Shown one piece after another: positions 62,213 through 64,000 of a stretch of DNA of 64,000 nt (position 1 is the first letter of the stretch; each line of letters begins with the position of its first letter). The translations under genes were made by a program, and so were the position numbers. The stretch lies in NCBI GenBank assembly GCA_963778655.1, contig CAVZVA010000003.1, positions 544,001-608,000 on the forward strand, read 5' to 3'. The DNA is from an uncultured delta proteobacterium (GTDB lineage: Bacteria > Myxococcota_A > Polyangia > Polyangiales > JAFGIB01). The notes under the pieces are model-generated. The model had not been told where the DNA came from. It saw nothing but the letters and a program-made list of their open reading frames with translations, and did not search any database.

Positions 62213-62302
62213 CCGCGCCCCCGCGGCCGCACCACGATCATAACCAAAGCGCGACGCACGGGCGCCGTAGTCATGCCGCCTACCTGTAGGCGCTCCCGAT
62301 CG

Positions 62303-63727
62303 TCATCCAAACACCCGCACCTGGACCGCGGTCACGTTTTCGTGGCCGGCGGCCACATCGGAGATCACCACCACCTTGTCGCCCGGTAGCACGCGGTTGC
62401 GCTGGCGCAGGCGATCGAACGCGGCGACGATGGTTTTTTCGGGATCGCTCGAGAAGTCCATCTTGAAGGGCACCACCGAGCGCGACAGCCACAGCTTGCG
62501 CCGCGTCGTGCTCATGTTGGTGAACGCGTAGATGATCGCGTGATCGGGGCGAAAGCTCGACACCAGCTGGCCGAGCAGGCCGCGCCGCGTCATCACCACG
62601 ATCGCCGGCGCGCCGACCGAATCGGCGAGACGGCAGGCCGCGCGCGCGAGCTCCTCGCGCACGTCGGCCGGGCGGCGCTCGCCCTCGAAGCTCATGCCCT
62701 GTTCCTTCTCCATGCGGCGCGCGATGCGGTCGAGCACCTCCACGCAACGCACCGGGTATTTGCCGGTCGCGGTCTCGCCGCTGAGCATCAGGGCGTCGGC
62801 CTGCTCGTAGACCACGTTGGCAACGTCGGAAACCTCGGCTCGCGTCGGCATCGGGTTGACGATCATCGACTCGAGCAGGTGCGTCGCCACGATCACCGGC
62901 TTGCCCGCAATCGTACACTTGCGCACGATCTGGCGCTGAATCGCCGGCAGCTCCGCCAGCTCGACCTCGACGCCGAGGTCCCCGCGCGCGACCATGATGC
63001 CGTCCGACGCCTCCAGAATGGCGTCGAAGTTGTCCACGCCCTCCTGGTTCTCGATCTTGGCGATCAGCTTCGCGTGATGCCCGCCAGCTTCCTCGATCAG
63101 CTGGCGCGCCTGGCCGACGGTCTCGGCGTCGCGCACGAACGAAAGGGCGATGAAGTCGACGTCATATTCGATTCCAAACAGGATGTCGCGCCGGTCCTTG
63201 TCGGTGACGTCAGGCAGATTGACGCGCACGCCCGGAAGGTTGATGTGCTTGCGCGAGCCGAGCGTGCCACCGTCGAGCACGCGGCAACGCAACGCCTTCT
63301 GTTGGATTTCGAGCACCTCGAGGTTGATCAGCCCGTTGTCCACGGTGATGCGCTCGCCGACCTTGAGCTGCTCCACCATGTCGCGATAGTCGACGTGGAT
63401 GCTCTTCTCCTCGGTGTTCTCCTGCGGGATCACCGTGACCCAGAACTCCTCGCCGACCTTGAGCTGCAGGCTGCCCTGCATCACCCCGGTGCGGATCTCC
63501 GGCCCCTGCAGGTCGAGCATCAACGCGATCGGGTGATTGAGCTGGCGGTTGAGGCTGCGGATGCGCCGAATGCCGAGCAGGTGGCTCTCGTGGTCGCCGT
63601 GCGACATATTCAGGCGCGCCACGTTCATGCCGGCCTTGGCCAGCTTTTCGATCATCTCGCTCGAGCTGCTCGCCGGTCCGAGGGTGCAGATGATCTTGGT
63701 GTGCCGGAAGTCGCGCCGCTGGGTCAT
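62303..63727 (-). CDS. pyk: Pyruvate kinase
   Basis: [57 protein letters not shown]. Confidence 0.98.
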   Translation of the reverse strand: MTQRRDFRHTKIICTLGPASSSSEMIEKLAKAGMNVARLNMSHGDHESHLLGIRRIRSLNRQLNHPIALMLDLQGPEIRTGVMQGSLQLKVGEEFWVTVIPQENTEEKSIHVDYRDMVEQLKVGERITVDNGLINLEVLEIQQKALRCRVLDGGTLGSRKHINLPGVRVNLPDVTDKDRRDILFGIEYDVDFIALSFVRDAETVGQARQLIEEAGGHHAKLIAKIENQEGVDNFDAILEASDGIMVARGDLGVEVELAELPAIQRQIVRKCTIAGKPVIVATHLLESMIVNPMPTRAEVSDVANVVYEQADALMLSGETATGKYPVRCVEVLDRIARRMEKEQGMSFEGERRPADVREELARAACRLADSVGAPAIVVMTRRGLLGQLVSSFRPDHAIIYAFTNMSTTRRKLWLSRSVVPFKMDFSSDPEKTIVAAFDRLRQRNRVLPGDKVVVISDVAAGHENVTAVQVRVFG

Positions 63728-64000
63728 GGTGCAGGGCGGAAGCCGCAGGGGGTGATGGCAGCATAGCGCCGATCGCCGCGCCGGCGCAGCACGGCAGGCC
63801 GCCCGCGGGCGATTTCTCGCCGCGCAGCGCGCGAGCACCCGGCCTGCGCTGCCCACCCGCAAGTTGCCGGCCCGTGCTGCACGTGCTAGCAGTGCGCACC
63901 GCGCCCGCTGGGATCGCGCCCGAAACACGGGCGACCCGAGGCCGGTGAACGAAGCACAGTCACCGATGTCGCTCTCCGTGGAAACTCCCTCGCCTCGCAA

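Overview
High-GC bacterial chromosomal DNA. PilZ proteins, a MYXO-CTERM-like tail and many Pro/Ala-rich lipoproteins suggest Myxococcota (inference). About 63 protein genes can be supported. Most are housekeeping, envelope or lipid-catabolism genes: PBP1A, metK, nadB (frameshifted), apbC, MscS, rarA, ccmC/ccmD, add, a GldAFG-like ABC system with a DUF4340 protein, aroA, acyl-CoA dehydrogenases, ilvD and pyk. I found no rRNA, tRNA, CRISPR array, transposase or prophage. The most interesting locus is 35.8-40.9 kb, a DUF692 (MNIO) RiPP-type cluster. Its precursor is a 96-aa predicted lipoprotein with GGEGSC repeats, followed by an intrinsic terminator, the MNIO enzyme, a DUF2063-type partner and an overlapping lipoprotein gluzincin peptidase. 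A divergent lipoprotein carries two repeats with three His each. Other notable features are a DUF2239 gene whose sigma70 promoter is bracketed by TACCCGGGTA palindromes upstream of an encapsulin/ferritin-like cargo pair, a Fam20C-like kinase lipoprotein, a DHH protein with permuted motif order, a PAS-HisKA protein with a degenerate ATPase domain, and two families of palindromic intergenic repeats. All calls come from motif recognition by eye; no database searches were run. Start codons are best estimates.
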